DNA of 64,000 nucleotides from assembly GCF_009914755.1 (NCBI RefSeq), contig NC_060928.1; one strand, given 5' to 3'. Shown piece after piece: positions 45,043 through 60,560 of the stretch. A program made the position numbers and the translations under genes. The DNA is from the human T2T-CHM13v2.0 reference genome, Homo sapiens. The notes beneath the pieces are model-generated. The model was given only the letters and a program-made list of their open reading frames with translations. It had not been told where the DNA came from and made no database searches. Position 1 is the stretch's first letter. The number at the start of each line of letters is the position of its first letter.

Positions 45043-48000
45043 TAGTTTCTGATTTTGTTCCTGAAATTTAACCTATTTAAACTTTGTTTCCCTCCCATAG
45101 TCAATTCCAAGGTACTATGTGAAAGCACCCCTAATTCTATTTCTTTTCTTGACTTTGTCTCTGTTTCTGACCCTTCCCTATCCTGATACTTCGGTCCAGC
45201 TCTAGTTTCTGATTCCTGACTCCTTAGGAGAAAAATCACAATGTTGCAATGAAATCTGTTTTACAAAAATTGATTGTCCTTTTGGAACAAAATTGAAGCA
45301 AAGTATAGTAGTTAAGTTTAGATTATTATGCTTTCAGCAAAACATCTTATTTTTATTTGATTTTAAATAAATATGACTGCATGTATCTTACCTAGTTTAT
45401 AATTGAAAAACTCACATTCAAACCAATTATGTTAATTATGTGTGAGGAAACAGACTATGTTCATATGTGTCGATTCTGAATTTTCTGTGCAAAGCTTCCA
45501 AGGAAAAGCCAACAAAGGCTCTCCACTTCCTAACTTTTAAAATATGTAGTATATTTATACTGTGTCTATTAGATGTAGGTTACTTTTTTCTTTTAACTTT
45601 TGTTCTTATGCTCTGTTTATAGGATAAGCCCAAGGACCTGATGTTGGCATAATTTTCTTTCTTTCTACTATTGTGTGTATAAAACAACTCTTTCTATGAA
45701 AATGTTTAAATACAGCTGATTAACTTAGGTCTGAAGCCAATATATGTGACATATAATGGTCTCTGATAATCTACAAATATATTCGAATATATCTGAGTTT
45801 CAGTGAAATCTAGTCCAGCTTATTCCGGAATTAGGATTAGGACCTTCAAATGGCCATCAAAATTTGAAGACTATCTCATGCTACATTACCTCTGATCTCT
45901 TTTCTGAATAACTTCACTTCAGCTGAAGATACTATGGGAGAAAGGGTTCTGGGAGTGGGGGTGGTAGAACCATGGCTAATAACAGATAGTAACTTGGGTG
46001 TATGTGAAGAGTCCAGGACCTTGATGAATTAATTAGGTACCTCAATATAAGTGCAAAAATGTGGACCATCAGCAGCTTTTTTTACTTTAATGCAGATTTT
46101 AGAATGAATCTTGTAATGTAGATTTCTTACTAATGAAAATGTATTATCATTTCTAAACATATATGCAATATGTGTATGAATACTCGGTTTAAAAATGTAT
46201 GTTCCTCAATTAGAAGTGCATTTGAAAGCATTTTTAATATTTGTATGCAGTGTAGCTTGCTTTTATCTTATTTGGAAAAATGAGGTGCTCCCTCTTGAAG
46301 TAAATGAGATCTATGAGAATGATGCAGATGCCTGTTATAACAGGATTTACTTGGTGCTACTTATGTTGATTAAAATAATCTTAATTATTTTCAGACTCTC
46401 TCTTCCAGTTGAGCATGCATCTATGGAGAGTTTCAGTTATTACCTTGTTTGGACAGTAGTAGTGTCAGCTACTTTTCACTACTACACATTCACATTCACA
46501 AAGCTTTTCAGTATATCTTCACTGAGTCAATCATAGAAACACGTGTCTTAATCACCAAGGTGCCAGAATTGTATGGCCAGTGTATTCACATTCCCTAGTA
46601 GACAAGACAAGAAAGCTAGTTGAGTTTGGGAAAAGAATGTTGCTACTCTTTTGTTTCAGTGCACTAACTTCATGGAGCCCATTTGTTCCAATATGCAATC
46701 GTGGAGGTTGTATAAGGTTGTGGAGCTTTTCTTCCCTAGAGTAATAGAGAAGTGATGTTGGATAGTTAGGCAAATTGATGACTTCTATCTATCAGTATAG
46801 CTCCCCAAAGAAGTTTCTTATCCATTACCTCTTTTAATCTAACAATATTTCTGTCTGATAGTCAGGGCAATGATTTTTGTTTGATATCTGTGCATTATTA
46901 AACAGAAGCTCAGATATTTTGGGGTATTTGATCACATTCATGCAACTAATAAGTATGCTGAGGTCTTTTCCTCCTAGCCAGGGTTCTTTCCATACACTAT
47001 TTTTCCTCGTGCAGCAAAATCTCTGGATTTATTTCACTGCCTTCATGCTCTGTTCTTGGTTACATCCACACTTGTTTGTGTAATGCTAGAGACACGGTTG
47101 AAACCCAAGCAAGTCCTCACAGTTCCTCTCAAACTATCTCCAAAAGGAACTGTTGATGAAATGACATTGGCTAGGTCTCAGTGCATATAATGTTGTAGTG
47201 AGCGTCTCCTTATCTAGAGAAAGAAGAGTGTGGGCTCAAACTTGTTTAAAATCACATTATTCTGTTTGTAACAAAAAAGAGAAGCCAATAAAACAGCATG
47301 CATCACCAAAGAGAATAGGAACTGTATATGTTAATTATTTCATTGAAATATATGACACGGTTGCAATTTGGGAAATTATGTATATAAAAGTTTTGTTTCT
47401 TCAAGTTGAATTAAATAAAAATGTTGCTAGTTCATGAGTAATTTTGAGCAATTTTTCTAACTGTATTACAATAATATTTGATAATTAGATGCCATGATGA
47501 TAATAGTAAGGAAAATATTATTTTTGCTTCTGGTTCTCAAAATGTTTTCTAGGATACTATGGCTTTCCAACTGTATCCATCCAGTATCATACCTTTCACA
47601 CAGAGTTACTGAATTAGTATAGGGAAATTGAATAACAGATTCCCTTTGAGTCAATAACTTTTTTCATAGAATGTTGTATAAAATATTGAACAAAATGAAG
47701 CCAATTTAGAGACATTTTAAAGACAAAAATATTTGATTTTCATTAATATTGTTTCCTTAAATCATAGGGTCAACTGTAATATGTCTATTGGCTGTAGTGT
47801 GGTTGAATTACTGACTTTCTGTGGAAAAATGTGGCAAGGGAAATTCTTGTTTCTATTCCTAAAATTAACATTCACCACAGGTCTTGGGTTCATCCTCTCT
47901 CAACTTTCCTTTGGTCCTAAGGAATTTTGGGGCTTCTGTGTAAGGTAGATACAGAACAGAGTGAAAGCTGACAGACTGATTATTATGGTGCCCAGCCTGA

Positions 48001-51000
48001 CCAGGAAAGGGTTATGGGTGAAGTGGGCTAAAGCCAGGCTGAAAACATGTATTGCTTACTTTGTTCTCTGCCCATTCATTATGCTTACTTTTGGAGCCAA
48101 GACCCAGTAAAATAGCAGATTACACATGCAATAATACACTTTTACCACTTGCTAATCTTTAAAGTTCTAACATTTATCTTCATGTTTTGTAATGTGGCTT
48201 AATTTGCCTTTAGTGATAGCTTTTTCCTTTTTATACTCTTTTATAACTAGGAATTTTATTAGTTATATTATTGTTAAATTTTCTGCTATCACTGAGTTTA
48301 TCAAGTCAACGGTTGGTTTTCGTCATAGCCAGAGATTTGGATTTAGCATCGCAGACATGGATTTGAGAAGTTAGGTCATTGTCTACATTTCAAATAATAA
48401 CTAACTGAAAGATAAAAAATATGTTGAGACCATTTAGAAATTAATGGCCAATTCTAAAATAGAATTCAGAATTTGGAACTCCTAGTCTTTTGTCTCAATG
48501 TTAATTGTTTCATAAAAGTATATTCTTGTTGAGATAAAAGCACTTCATATAAATTTATAAGATGACTATTTTATTTAATAGTTAGGGATCTGTTTTGTAC
48601 TGACATGATGTTTTTCTTTCCGTTAAAGTCTAAGATATTTTCAGATTTCAGGTAAATAATAGCAAACCATATTATATTAATATTACTTTAGTAAAGTCAG
48701 TGAGTATGTAATTGTTGGAGAAGTTCAATTTAAGCTGCAGATTTTCTAATTTAAAATCTATACTTTTCTTCAGTGATGATCATTAAACGAAACATTCATG
48801 AAATATTTACTTTGTTTTGCTTGAAAGAGAGAGTAAATGGAGAACAATCTTGTAACCACCAAGAGATGTGAGGAAAATTAGTCTATGTCTTCATTTTCTG
48901 CAGTTTTCTGTTTATGGAACCCATGCACATCCTTGTACAGAGTGAATGATAAAGTCTGAATCATTTTGGAGTTACTGATCATCCCTAATTATAGTGCCAC
49001 TGTAGCATACCTATAATTAAGAGAGAATTAGCCTCTCAATTATAAGCCACTATTTTTAGAGCTTCACATTTTAATAATTTCTTATCTCAATAAAATAGGA
49101 CAGATCTTGAATTAGATGACTTTGTGTAGAAAATGATTTTATAGGACCCATATGCAGTATGTTACTACAGAAACTTTGATTTTTAAGGACAGGAATGGTT
49201 TTCTTATCTAAACCTATCATTGGCCTGTCAAACCACAAAGCACAATTATTAACTTGCAGATAGGAAGTAACTCTTCATGCCTGTGCTGTCTCCCACACTG
49301 CAATCTGTTCCTTCTGGTTGTCTCCTCTGGGAGGATGAAGGACACAGATTATTCTCTAAATATATGGTCTACTTTGTTGATAATTTTGGAAGAAAAAAAT
49401 TCTAAACATTGCATTGCCAAAATAAAGGTATTTGCCTTCTTGTTTAATGCAGTTTGTTCCATCTGCAAAAGATAAATTTAGTCTGATAATAAACCATGAG
49501 ACTCTACTATTATTGCTCAGCATTGTAGACTTTTTATAGTTTAGAAATAGTATAAATAATGGATAACTAGTATTAATGCTGCTGTTACTTACCAGTGAAA
49601 TAATTAGTTTGAAATTTTCCATATGCATACATTGTCTACTATATAATCAATATTACAAGAGAATTAAAATAATTGAGAGTATTTTTTTAAAGATGTTAAC
49701 CTTTTTTCAACTCTCTCTACGGCATACAATACACTTATTTATATTTACATATGAAAACGTTCCTGAAAAGTAATTGCAAATAAAAATGGCCTAGCCATTA
49801 TGACACCTCTTCTATGGAACTGTATTAATTGCTATTTCATTAAAGTCACATTTAAGTCAGTTATTGTTTGTGTTTGGTAATAATACAGCATGATTTCTTT
49901 ATTGCCATGTTATAAATAATGGATTTCACAAATTTGTCATTCCCCGTACTTATTTTATTATTCCTGATATTGCTAATGATTTATCTGCCACAATTGCCTC
50001 TATTGCCTATTCCTAGGAAGGCAGAAATATGTATGTCTATGATACATATGTATATATCTATTTATCAATATATAATTATCTTTCAAATCTTTTGGAAATA
50101 AAATGAGTGTAGCCATTTGTGTCTCTATATATGCAGAACGTTACTCATATCGAAATAGACCCTTCATAGATCTGTCACCAATGCTTAAATATTTAAATAG
50201 TTTCAAAAATAGTAGGTATTAAATAAATGCTGAATGTGAATAAATAAGGAAAAAATAGCATCGTATACATATGTTGCAAGTCACTCATGCATGGTTAGTC
50301 ATTTATTACAAATTTTCCTTCCTCAGTTTTTTGGGGGCTTGATTATAGCAGAACAATCTGCACAGCTGACAATTCTTGCATGCCCAATCCTTCTCTAGAT
50401 GATCCAGGAGATGTTAAAATCATTTCCTCTCTGGTTGGCAGTTTTTCTTTCTCTGACATTTTAATTTTTTCTCACCATTCCACAGAACATCTGAGAAAGC
50501 ACTGAATTGAAAAAGCATCCTAAATGTATTTACGAATACATTTAGCCTAAGTTGCCTTCAGTAGAACCCATGATCTCTGATTTCAGCTAACGTTAGCTGG
50601 GTTAACAATACAGGAAGGGTCAAAATGTTTCCTTTAAAACGTATTGCCCAGTTTAAGGACCGTGCAGCTCATTCAGTAGTTCTTAAATTTCATAGGAAGA
50701 GAAAAATAAGGAGATGTAGAAGAAGCCATAATGAATCATGTGTTTTTGGTGATCCAATGCTAAGGAAGGTGTATGTCCCCTTGTTGAATTGTAATTATTG
50801 TGCAAAGTGGCAGCTTTTTCCAGGGTACATGTGTTATTTTGGTCATTCTCTTTCCATAAGTATTCTTTGCCAATGTCAATGTGCTCTGTAACCATGCAAT
50901 TGTGTCTTTTAAAGACCACTCTTGCCATACACTCGCTAAATAATTTGACTAATAAGATTACAGGAAGCTTTCTATTATTGTCCATACCAAAGAGAAAGCA

Positions 51001-51417
51001 TTCCTTTTCATACCAATAGCAGATCATGAGAACGATTAATCTAGAAGGAAAGGTTAAAACAATACAGAAGTGATTTGGGATTAGTCTCTCATTTCAAAAC
51101 CTTTCTAAAATTCCTGTTTAAATGCTTCAGAGAGAATATTAATTTCAGAATAAATTGTACAGGTGCTTTAAATGCCTTAGTTTTCAATTCACTTTATTAT
51201 TGTATTTAAGTAAAAGAATGATCTCTGCCTACCTCTGTTGGATCTTTCACACTGGTTGCCATGGTAATAAACATGGTCCCAGAGCTCTATAGAGAAGAGA
51301 ATAGAATTGTTCAATTATTTAAATATATTGGGACCAAATCTCAACTAGATATAAGTATTATCGACAAAATTTTGAACATTCTTCAATTAGACTTTTGATA
51401 TTTGAAGGAAAATTTGA

Positions 51418-51709
<292 letters not shown>

Positions 51710-51816
51710 TTATATTTTGCATTTCTAGCAGACAATTTTGCTCTGACTCCTACTAAGTGATTAGCCAAAGCAAAGAAATTGGTAAAGGTGGCTGCTATTT
51801 TCATAGGGAAATGATC

Positions 51817-52100
51817 TTTTGTTTGTTTCTTCAAACAGGGCCTCACCCTGTCACCCAGGCTGCAGTGCAGTGGCATGGTAATGGCTCGCTGCAACCTCAA
51901 CCTCCTGGCTTGAACTGATCCTCCTGAGTAGCTGGGACCACAAGTGTTCACCACCATGCTCAGCTAGTTTCTAAATTTTTTGTAGAAACGAGATCTCCCT
52001 ATGTTGCCCAGGCTGGTCTCGAGCTCCTGGGCTCAAGTGATCCTCCCACCCCGGCCTCCCAGAATGCAGGTATTACAGGCATGAGCCACCTCACCCAGCC
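51817..52100 (-). mobile_element. AluJ, antisense
   Basis: cctcctggcttgaactgatcctcc, ctgggaccaca, ctatgttgcccaggctggtctcgagctcctgggctcaagtgatcctccc are AluJ-type features. Confidence 0.92.
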
Positions 52101-52982
52101 CAAAAATGAAATTTTAAAAATAAAATGGACATTGGACAAATCAAGCAATGACAAATATTATCAAAGTTCCAAAATATGCTATTTCATCGTGTCTTTAAAG
52201 GAACAAAGATCTTATCATAGTAGAGGATGTTTTATAGATTTTAAAATTTATAGTATCTCTCTCAGATTTTTTAGTCTATGTTGCTTCTTTAACAATATTG
52301 AGTAGAATTAAAAGTCTCATATTAGCATTAAAATAAAACAAACAAAATTAGAGGCTTATATGAATATTTGCTTATATGAATTATATGCTTTTCAAAATGA
52401 AATAGCAACCATTAAAATGACTGCAGACATTTTACTGTGGCTAGCATCTGATGATACAAATATGAAATATATAAGATTACCTTTTCTTAACTGTGTATAA
52501 AAATTATGAAGTCATTGTCCTATATAATTTTGCTCCAAATACTTTTCTGACTAGTCTTTCATTCCTGACATAGCAAAAAGAATGCAGACTTAAGCTAAAT
52601 CCTTTTATAAGGCAGACAGTGACTATTGATGGAACAACTTTGATCTTTTTATCAGAAAGATGGAGATCAGAGTCTTCAAACATTTATTTCAGGATACAGA
52701 TACACTTTCCATCTATGGCTTAGTAATATGATATTTGAGGGTAAGAAATGTAGAAAGTATCGTGGTCCTTGACTTACCAAAGGGATTTATACTGATACTA
52801 CAAGGGGCCCATTCTATCTTATGTATATTAGTGGGATTTTCCTGGGTACTCTTTGAATTTGCAGCCATTTTTCCTTTTATGTTACTTCCTGCGTTCCAGG
52901 GTTTTTGTACATTTCCTTATTTTGAAATCAAATTCAGTGCTGTTTTTTTTTCATAGTCAAATTTTCTTAAGATTGTTAAAAT

Positions 52983-53070
52983 CTTCCTTCTTTCCTTCCT
53001 TCCTCCCTCCTTCCCCCGCTTCCTCCCCCCACCCTTCCTTCCTTCCTTCCTTCCTTCTTTCGTTCTTTTT
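52983..53070. repeat. (TTCC)n / polypyrimidine tract
   Basis: cttccttctttccttccttcctccctccttccccc...ccttccttccttcc. Confidence 0.9.
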
Positions 53071-53966
53071 TGTAACCTCAAAATATTGAAACACCACTCT
53101 TTAGCTTGGCAGTGGGACATATAGAGATATTTCCTAAAGCAATGGTAGCTGGTTTATAGAGCACAGCACCAATGGTCTAGTAGTGTTCCTAGTTTCCAAA
53201 AAACCAACTGTGCTGGCCTTAAAATTTGTTTATTTATAATGAAAAAGAATATCATAGACTTTTAAATTAGGATAGTTTGCTAACACAACCAATTTTTCTC
53301 ATAATTATTTTCACTTTTTAATTGCATAAACACACACACATATACACAAACATTGAAAATGCCCTATTTCTGAATGCATGTTGTTGAGGTTGGATCAAGA
53401 TGCTGAATTAAAGTATTTTAAAAGCCAACTCTCACATTGCAGATAAGTTCCTTCTCTGTGGTAATCTCTAATGTCCGTATCATCTGCAAACACAGAAGTT
53501 AGATTACAAATTAGTTTCCAAATTCTGTTCATTTTAGAGATATCATAACATTTATTGAGTTAATCATCCAAACAATTCTTGAATGTACCTTATGAATTCG
53601 TTAAGAGTCACTATTTTTATTGACAATCTATTCTGTTTTGTTTTCATTGTTATGGTCTTTAGAAAGTTCTTATAAGATCAAAACTTGTATCCTAAGTATT
53701 TTCATTTATTTGTCTTAATTCTGACTTAAGTAATTGCTTTCTTTTGCATACTATAGATACATCAAATATATGGAGAGAACTATCATCTCTTTCATAACTT
53801 TTCTCATCACTAGCCTAAAAGTTCTGAATTCCCTCAACTATTAATTATTATATTTTCAAACCCTTGTTATGGTTTTCATATATTTTAATTGCAAGTTTGT
53901 CCATGTTAGTCTTACAGTGCGGTATCTAGATCTGGGGTCTGATTTGATCTACTTATAGAAGATCTT

Positions 53967-54044
53967 TTTAATTTTTTTAATAGATTTTGGGGGAACAGGT
54001 GGTGTTTGGTTACATGAATCAGTTCTTTAGTGGTGATTTCTGAG
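53967..54044 (-). mobile_element. Very short 5'-truncated L1 (L1PB/L1MA-type 3' end)
   Basis: T-rich tail then ttttgggggaacaggtggtgtttggttacatgaa...ttctttagtggtgatttctgag. Flanked by gatctt at 53961-53966 and 54045-54050. Confidence 0.75.
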
Positions 54045-54865
54045 GATCTTGACCTGAATCCAAAAATTAAGATTTCAGACCACAATTTCAATCTGAACAT
54101 TCATGTTCTTCAGGCGGCCCAGTGTTTACATGGAGAAAAAAAAAAAGGCTCTAATGAAATCATGTATTCTTCAGTTACTACAATCACACCATTGTCTATT
54201 ACTCTATTGCTATTTATTTTGCTTACTTATATATCCTCCCTGGCCTTTAAAGTATTTGAAATTAGAATTCTGTTATCTAGACTCTATAATTTCATTTAAA
54301 ATCTTTAAGTTTATTAGCTTTTTGGTAACTGCATGGAATTAATTGCTTGCCTTAATTTGAAGTTTACTGAAAACCTGGTTGATTTTAATGAATTGTGGTA
54401 AGCCTCATGTATTCCATTCTATGAATATGAACTGATTGAAGCTACATGCCAGATTTTGCATTCACTCCTGTTTAATTTTACATTAGTTTTTTCTTTTTTT
54501 TTTTTTTTTTGCTCATTGTCCTAATCTCATAACATTGAAATACTGGTTCTATCATATACAGTAGTAATATCTGCAAATTTGAAATATTTGTCATGTATAT
54601 CTTCATCCAAATTGTTGACTGAAATACTAGACATAATGGAAATGAGTATATAATCAGTGGTATAACAACAGCTTCTGTTGAAATCAGCATTTGTATATGA
54701 AGAAATAATAATCAATGTTCTTTAAATATGATTGATATTTTCATCACAAACTCACCTAATTTTGATAAAGCTAATTTTCTACCTAAGGCACAAAAATATG
54801 ATATACTTTTCAAGTGTTTTGATCGTAATCAAGATGTTCATGATAGATCTTGAATGTGCCAATTG

Positions 54866-54895
54866 AATAACACTATTAAAAATAACACTATTAAA
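54866..54895. repeat. 15-bp tandem duplication (aataacactattaaa)x2
   Basis: Two exact adjacent copies. Confidence 0.9.
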
Positions 54896-55154
54896 AAATG
54901 AAAGACAGGGTCATAGGGGTATCACTTGCTCTTCCTCTACATTATCAGTTCACATTGTATGCATATATGTGCACGTATAGTTAATACATAAGGTATAATG
55001 AGTAGGCATTCCATTAATGATATAATTTACCATTCGTAAGGTAATGAGAACATATGGAAATAACATTTGCATTGACAACTTTAAAGTCATTGTTTTTTAA
55101 GCATAAAAATTACCAAAAAGATATGATTCTATGACTAGTACAAGCATTAACATG

Positions 55155-55538
55155 TGATATGGCTAGCCTTTGGGTCACTACCCAAATCTCACCTTGAATT
55201 GCAATCCCTATAATCCCCATAATCCCCATGTGTCAAGGAAGAGACCAAGTGGAGGAAACTGATTCATGGAGGCAGTTTTCCCCATGCTGTTCTTGTGATA
55301 GTGACTGAGTTCTCATGAGATCTGATGGTTTTATAAGTGGCTCTTACCCTTTGCTCCATACTTCTTCCCGCCACCTTGTGAAGAAGGTGCCTTGCTTCCC
55401 TTTTGACTTTCACCACAATTTTAAGTTAAATGAGTCCTCTCCAGCCATGCTGAACTGTGAGAGAATTAAACTTCTTCCCTTTATAAATTACGCAGTCTTG
55501 TCCAGTTCTTTGTAACAGTATGAAAACGAACTTATATG
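55155..55538. mobile_element. THE1/MST-type (ERVL-MaLR) solo LTR, THE1D-like
   Basis: tgatatgg...cccaaatctcaccttgaattg...ccatgctgttcttgtgatagtga...tctcatgagatctgatggttttataag...ctttataaattac. 5-bp TSD ACATG at 55150-55154 and 55539-55543. Confidence 0.9.
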
Positions 55539-55997
55539 ACATGACTCTAGTTTTATCACATTTGAGAGTCATTTCAAAATGCCAAAGAGAGCTCTGAGAC
55601 CTAGCTTTACTTCTGGTGGATTAAAATGCTGCGACAGCCTCTAATTTACTCAAGCCTCAGTTTACTTATAAATTATATGTAGATATTTACTGGATTGCTC
55701 TAAGTTTTATAATATTGTTAAGTGACTTTTTTATTTTTACCAAAACATTTTTAATCTAAACTCTATGTTGAGGATTTTTATGCTTTAGTGTATATACACA
55801 TCTATTGAAAATTTGGATATCCAGGTGTTATTCCTGGTTCTTCTATGGGCTAATGAGCTATGCTAACTTAGGAAAGGTAATCTTTTTGAATCTTGATTCT
55901 ATAATAAAGGGCTTAGATTGTAAAATTTTTAGATTTTTAAGATTCATTCTAGTACTAATCATTTGAAAACCATAAACTGTTAAAAATACTTATAGTT

Positions 55998-57277
<1,280 letters not shown>

Positions 57278-58193
57278 AAACCTTATAGTTATAATTGTCA
57301 ATAAATACCATTTACATTTTTAAGAAGCTGAGAAATTACATTATTTTAGTGTTAGAAGTACAATTTAATGCAAATCTTGTTAATATTTTAAAATTAGTTT
57401 TATTTAAAATGATAAATTAATCGTATAGAAAAATTTTCATGAAAAATCAAACTACTTTTCTTTAAACTATTTTATTAACTGTAACCCTTTATAAAAAACT
57501 AATTTATTATATTTTAATAAAAAACAGAAACATTGTGAGTTTTCATATAAAATGTCATGATTACCTCATGCATCTGATTTTAATGATTCGAAAAATATTT
57601 TATGCTCACTTGATTCATTACTTCATGGAATTGACAGTTTGAATACAAATTCTTTTAATCCAAAAACTGAAACATGACATTTTAGGAGAGCTTAATGTGC
57701 AAAGGAATGTCGAGAGAAATATTTTTATTGACTTCAAGTATTTACCATTAAGTTTTTAATTTCATATAGGTAATATATGATGTAGTTTTTGTGTAAAATA
57801 AAATTAATATATAAGCAAAAACCTACCATCTTTAGCCAAATGAATAAGAAGTAGTAAGTCAATGGAATTAAGCTCTGTGAAAATCTTTATTGGTACAACA
57901 CAACTTTATTATTCAGGCGTGCTTAATTTATATGAAATGTTTCTTCAACAATGCTAGACAATGAGCATGTTTTTCCTTTGACTCTTTAAGGATATTAATA
58001 TGATACACTGTTATTTTCTGTGAATTATTAGTTGGACTGATATGCCTATTAATAACACAAAACCATGGAAAAAGATTTGAATAGCTATGTTTAAAGAAAC
58101 TTGACTTCTTAAGAAACACAGAGAAGTCAAAGTATGCACCAGATTAAACTGTAGGCATCATTTTTCTCCTCATCAAAATGTGATGGCAGATGT

Positions 58194-58711
58194 TGTTACT
58201 GGTGCACTGGGTTCTTGCAGTCTCCCAGGATAGAAATCAAGAGAAACTACCAGTTATAGCAGCAAAAATGAAGTTTATTTAGCTTGTGCACAAGGGTCCC
58301 AGCACTGAGAGGGGAAAAGAATGCTCCATTAGGGTAGTGCGTATGTTAGTTTTATAGGATCTTTCTATAGGGAAGGATTCTGTCAGGACTTTTCTAGAGC
58401 TTGGGCAGTGGCGCAACATGCTACATATGTCATATGTAGCATTAGCATTTTAAGTCTTCCCCCCTGGGAACTATTTATACCATTAAAATAAGGAAGGGGT
58501 AACTATAGGTTGGAGTTTAATTCTAACTGTGCATGCAGTGGCTCCAGGGAAGACCCTAACCTTCTGAAATAAAAACTTACAATTAAGAGCTTCTTGGGTC
58601 TTTTGTTACTGATTGACTGAGAGTTAGATAAGCTAGAGCTTGAGTGAGGGGCTTTTATCATTTTTCTCCAGCTCATATTAAAACAGGGAACCAACCAGCC
58701 TGCTTGTCTCA
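58194..58711 (-). mobile_element. ERV1-class solo LTR (~518 bp), antisense to GRIA2
   Basis: TG...CA termini (tgttac... and ...gtctca) with 4-bp TSD ATGT at 58190-58193 and 58712-58715. AATAAA on the minus strand at 58274-58279. Exact family not determined. Confidence 0.75.
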
Positions 58712-58790
58712 ATGTCATCCTGAATTATTTCATTTCACTTTATTATACTTGCTTAAAGAATGATTGTATTTGATTTAACATGTAACTTCA

Positions 58791-59098
<308 letters not shown>

Positions 59099-59135
59099 AA
59101 AATACACAGTCTTCCTTGGCTTAGCTGTATGGGAA

Positions 59136-59813
59136 ATATATATATATATTTATTTATATATATATTTATATATATTTATTTATATATATTTATTTATATA
59201 TATTTATTTATATATTTATTTATATTTATTTTTATATATTTATTTATATATTTATTTATATATTTGTATATATTTATTTATATATTTATTTATATATTTA
59301 TTTATATATTTATATATATTAGTTATATATATTTATATATTAGTTATATATATTTATATATATTTTTATATATTTATTTATATATGTATATATTAACATA
59401 TTTATATATATTAATATATTTATATATAAATATATATATTAATATATTTATATATAAATATATATATTTATATATTAATATATATTTATATATTTATATA
59501 TATTTATGTATATTTATATATATTTATATATTTATATATATTTATATATGTATTTATATATATTTATATATTTATATTTATTTATATATGTATTTATATA
59601 TATTTATATATTTATATTTATTTATTTATATATATTTATATATTTATATTTATTTATTTATATATATTTATATATATTTATATATTTATATTTATTTATT
59701 TATATATATTTATATATATTTATATATTTATATTTATTTATTTATATATATTTATATATATTTATATATTTATTTATATATATTTATATATATATTTATA
59801 GAGAGAGAGAGAG
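59136..59813. repeat. ~665-bp AT-rich low-complexity repeat (TA/TATT mosaics) ending in (GA)6
   Basis: Nearly pure A/T from 59136 to 59800. It produces the spurious Ile/Tyr/Phe/Leu ORFs in the track. Confidence 0.97.
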
Positions 59814-60481
59814 TTTAAATTTCGTGAAAAGCAGCATGTAGATTTGCGAAAGAGGTAGAAAATCAAGGTGCAGTTGTTCCTGAGAAAGACTTGTAACTCT
59901 TCCCTGGGGCCATCTTGACAGAAATGATTGTCAACCCCTGTGTTTTCCTTTTGCATTGCATCATGTTCTTCTCTGGACCAGCATTCAGATCAGTATTACA
60001 GATGATGGGAAATTATGTGGTTTATTTTAAAAGTGTGTATGGCTTGCCTGTGTTCCCTCTTCTACTTTGGTAAAATTTGCTCAAATGTAGATGTTGCTTA
60101 TGAGGGTGGTGATCATCATTGCCTGGCGTTCATCTCCAAAGTCCACACAAAGGGGCTAATTGAGGCAATTCGATTTGTCTTTGATTTGCATTTTCTTTAC
60201 AATTGCTTAAATTATCTGGGTGCTTTTGGTAGAACAATGTGTGCATGTAACATGAAATTGCTGGATTCCAAAATTTTAACAGGAAATGCTATTAAGAACA
60301 GTATCTTAGTTGACCACATGGTATTACATTATTTTTTAGTGTATTTGTAAATATATTATAAGAAATAAGTGGTCAAGAGGCTGGAGTGGATCCGATGATT
60401 GTAGTGTGCTCCCCAGTGCATCAGGTAGACCACAAATATATGAATTAGGCCAAACTAAACACTGTCACCTACATTAACCTA

Positions 60482-60560
60482 CTAGGTTGGCACAAAAGTA
60501 ATTGTGGTTCTGCCATTGAAAGTAGTGGCAAAAACAGCAATTACTTCTGCACCAACCTAA
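60482..60560. mobile_element. MADE1 (Hsmar1-derived mariner MITE)
   Basis: taggttggcacaaaagtaattgtggttctgccatt-gaaagt-agtggcaaaaacagcaattacttctgcaccaacctaa is an ~80-bp palindrome matching the MADE1 consensus. Confidence 0.93.

Noticed and set aside
49012-49044. Short hairpins (tataatt-gagag/ctctc-aattata; also ttgacttct/agaagtcaa near 58101-58130)
   Set aside because: Short AT-rich stems expected by chance, and not paired with any exon.
50584-50599. Perfect 16-bp palindrome cagctaacgttagctg
   Set aside because: About one 8-bp-arm palindrome is expected by chance in 64 kb (64000 x 4^-8). No other support.
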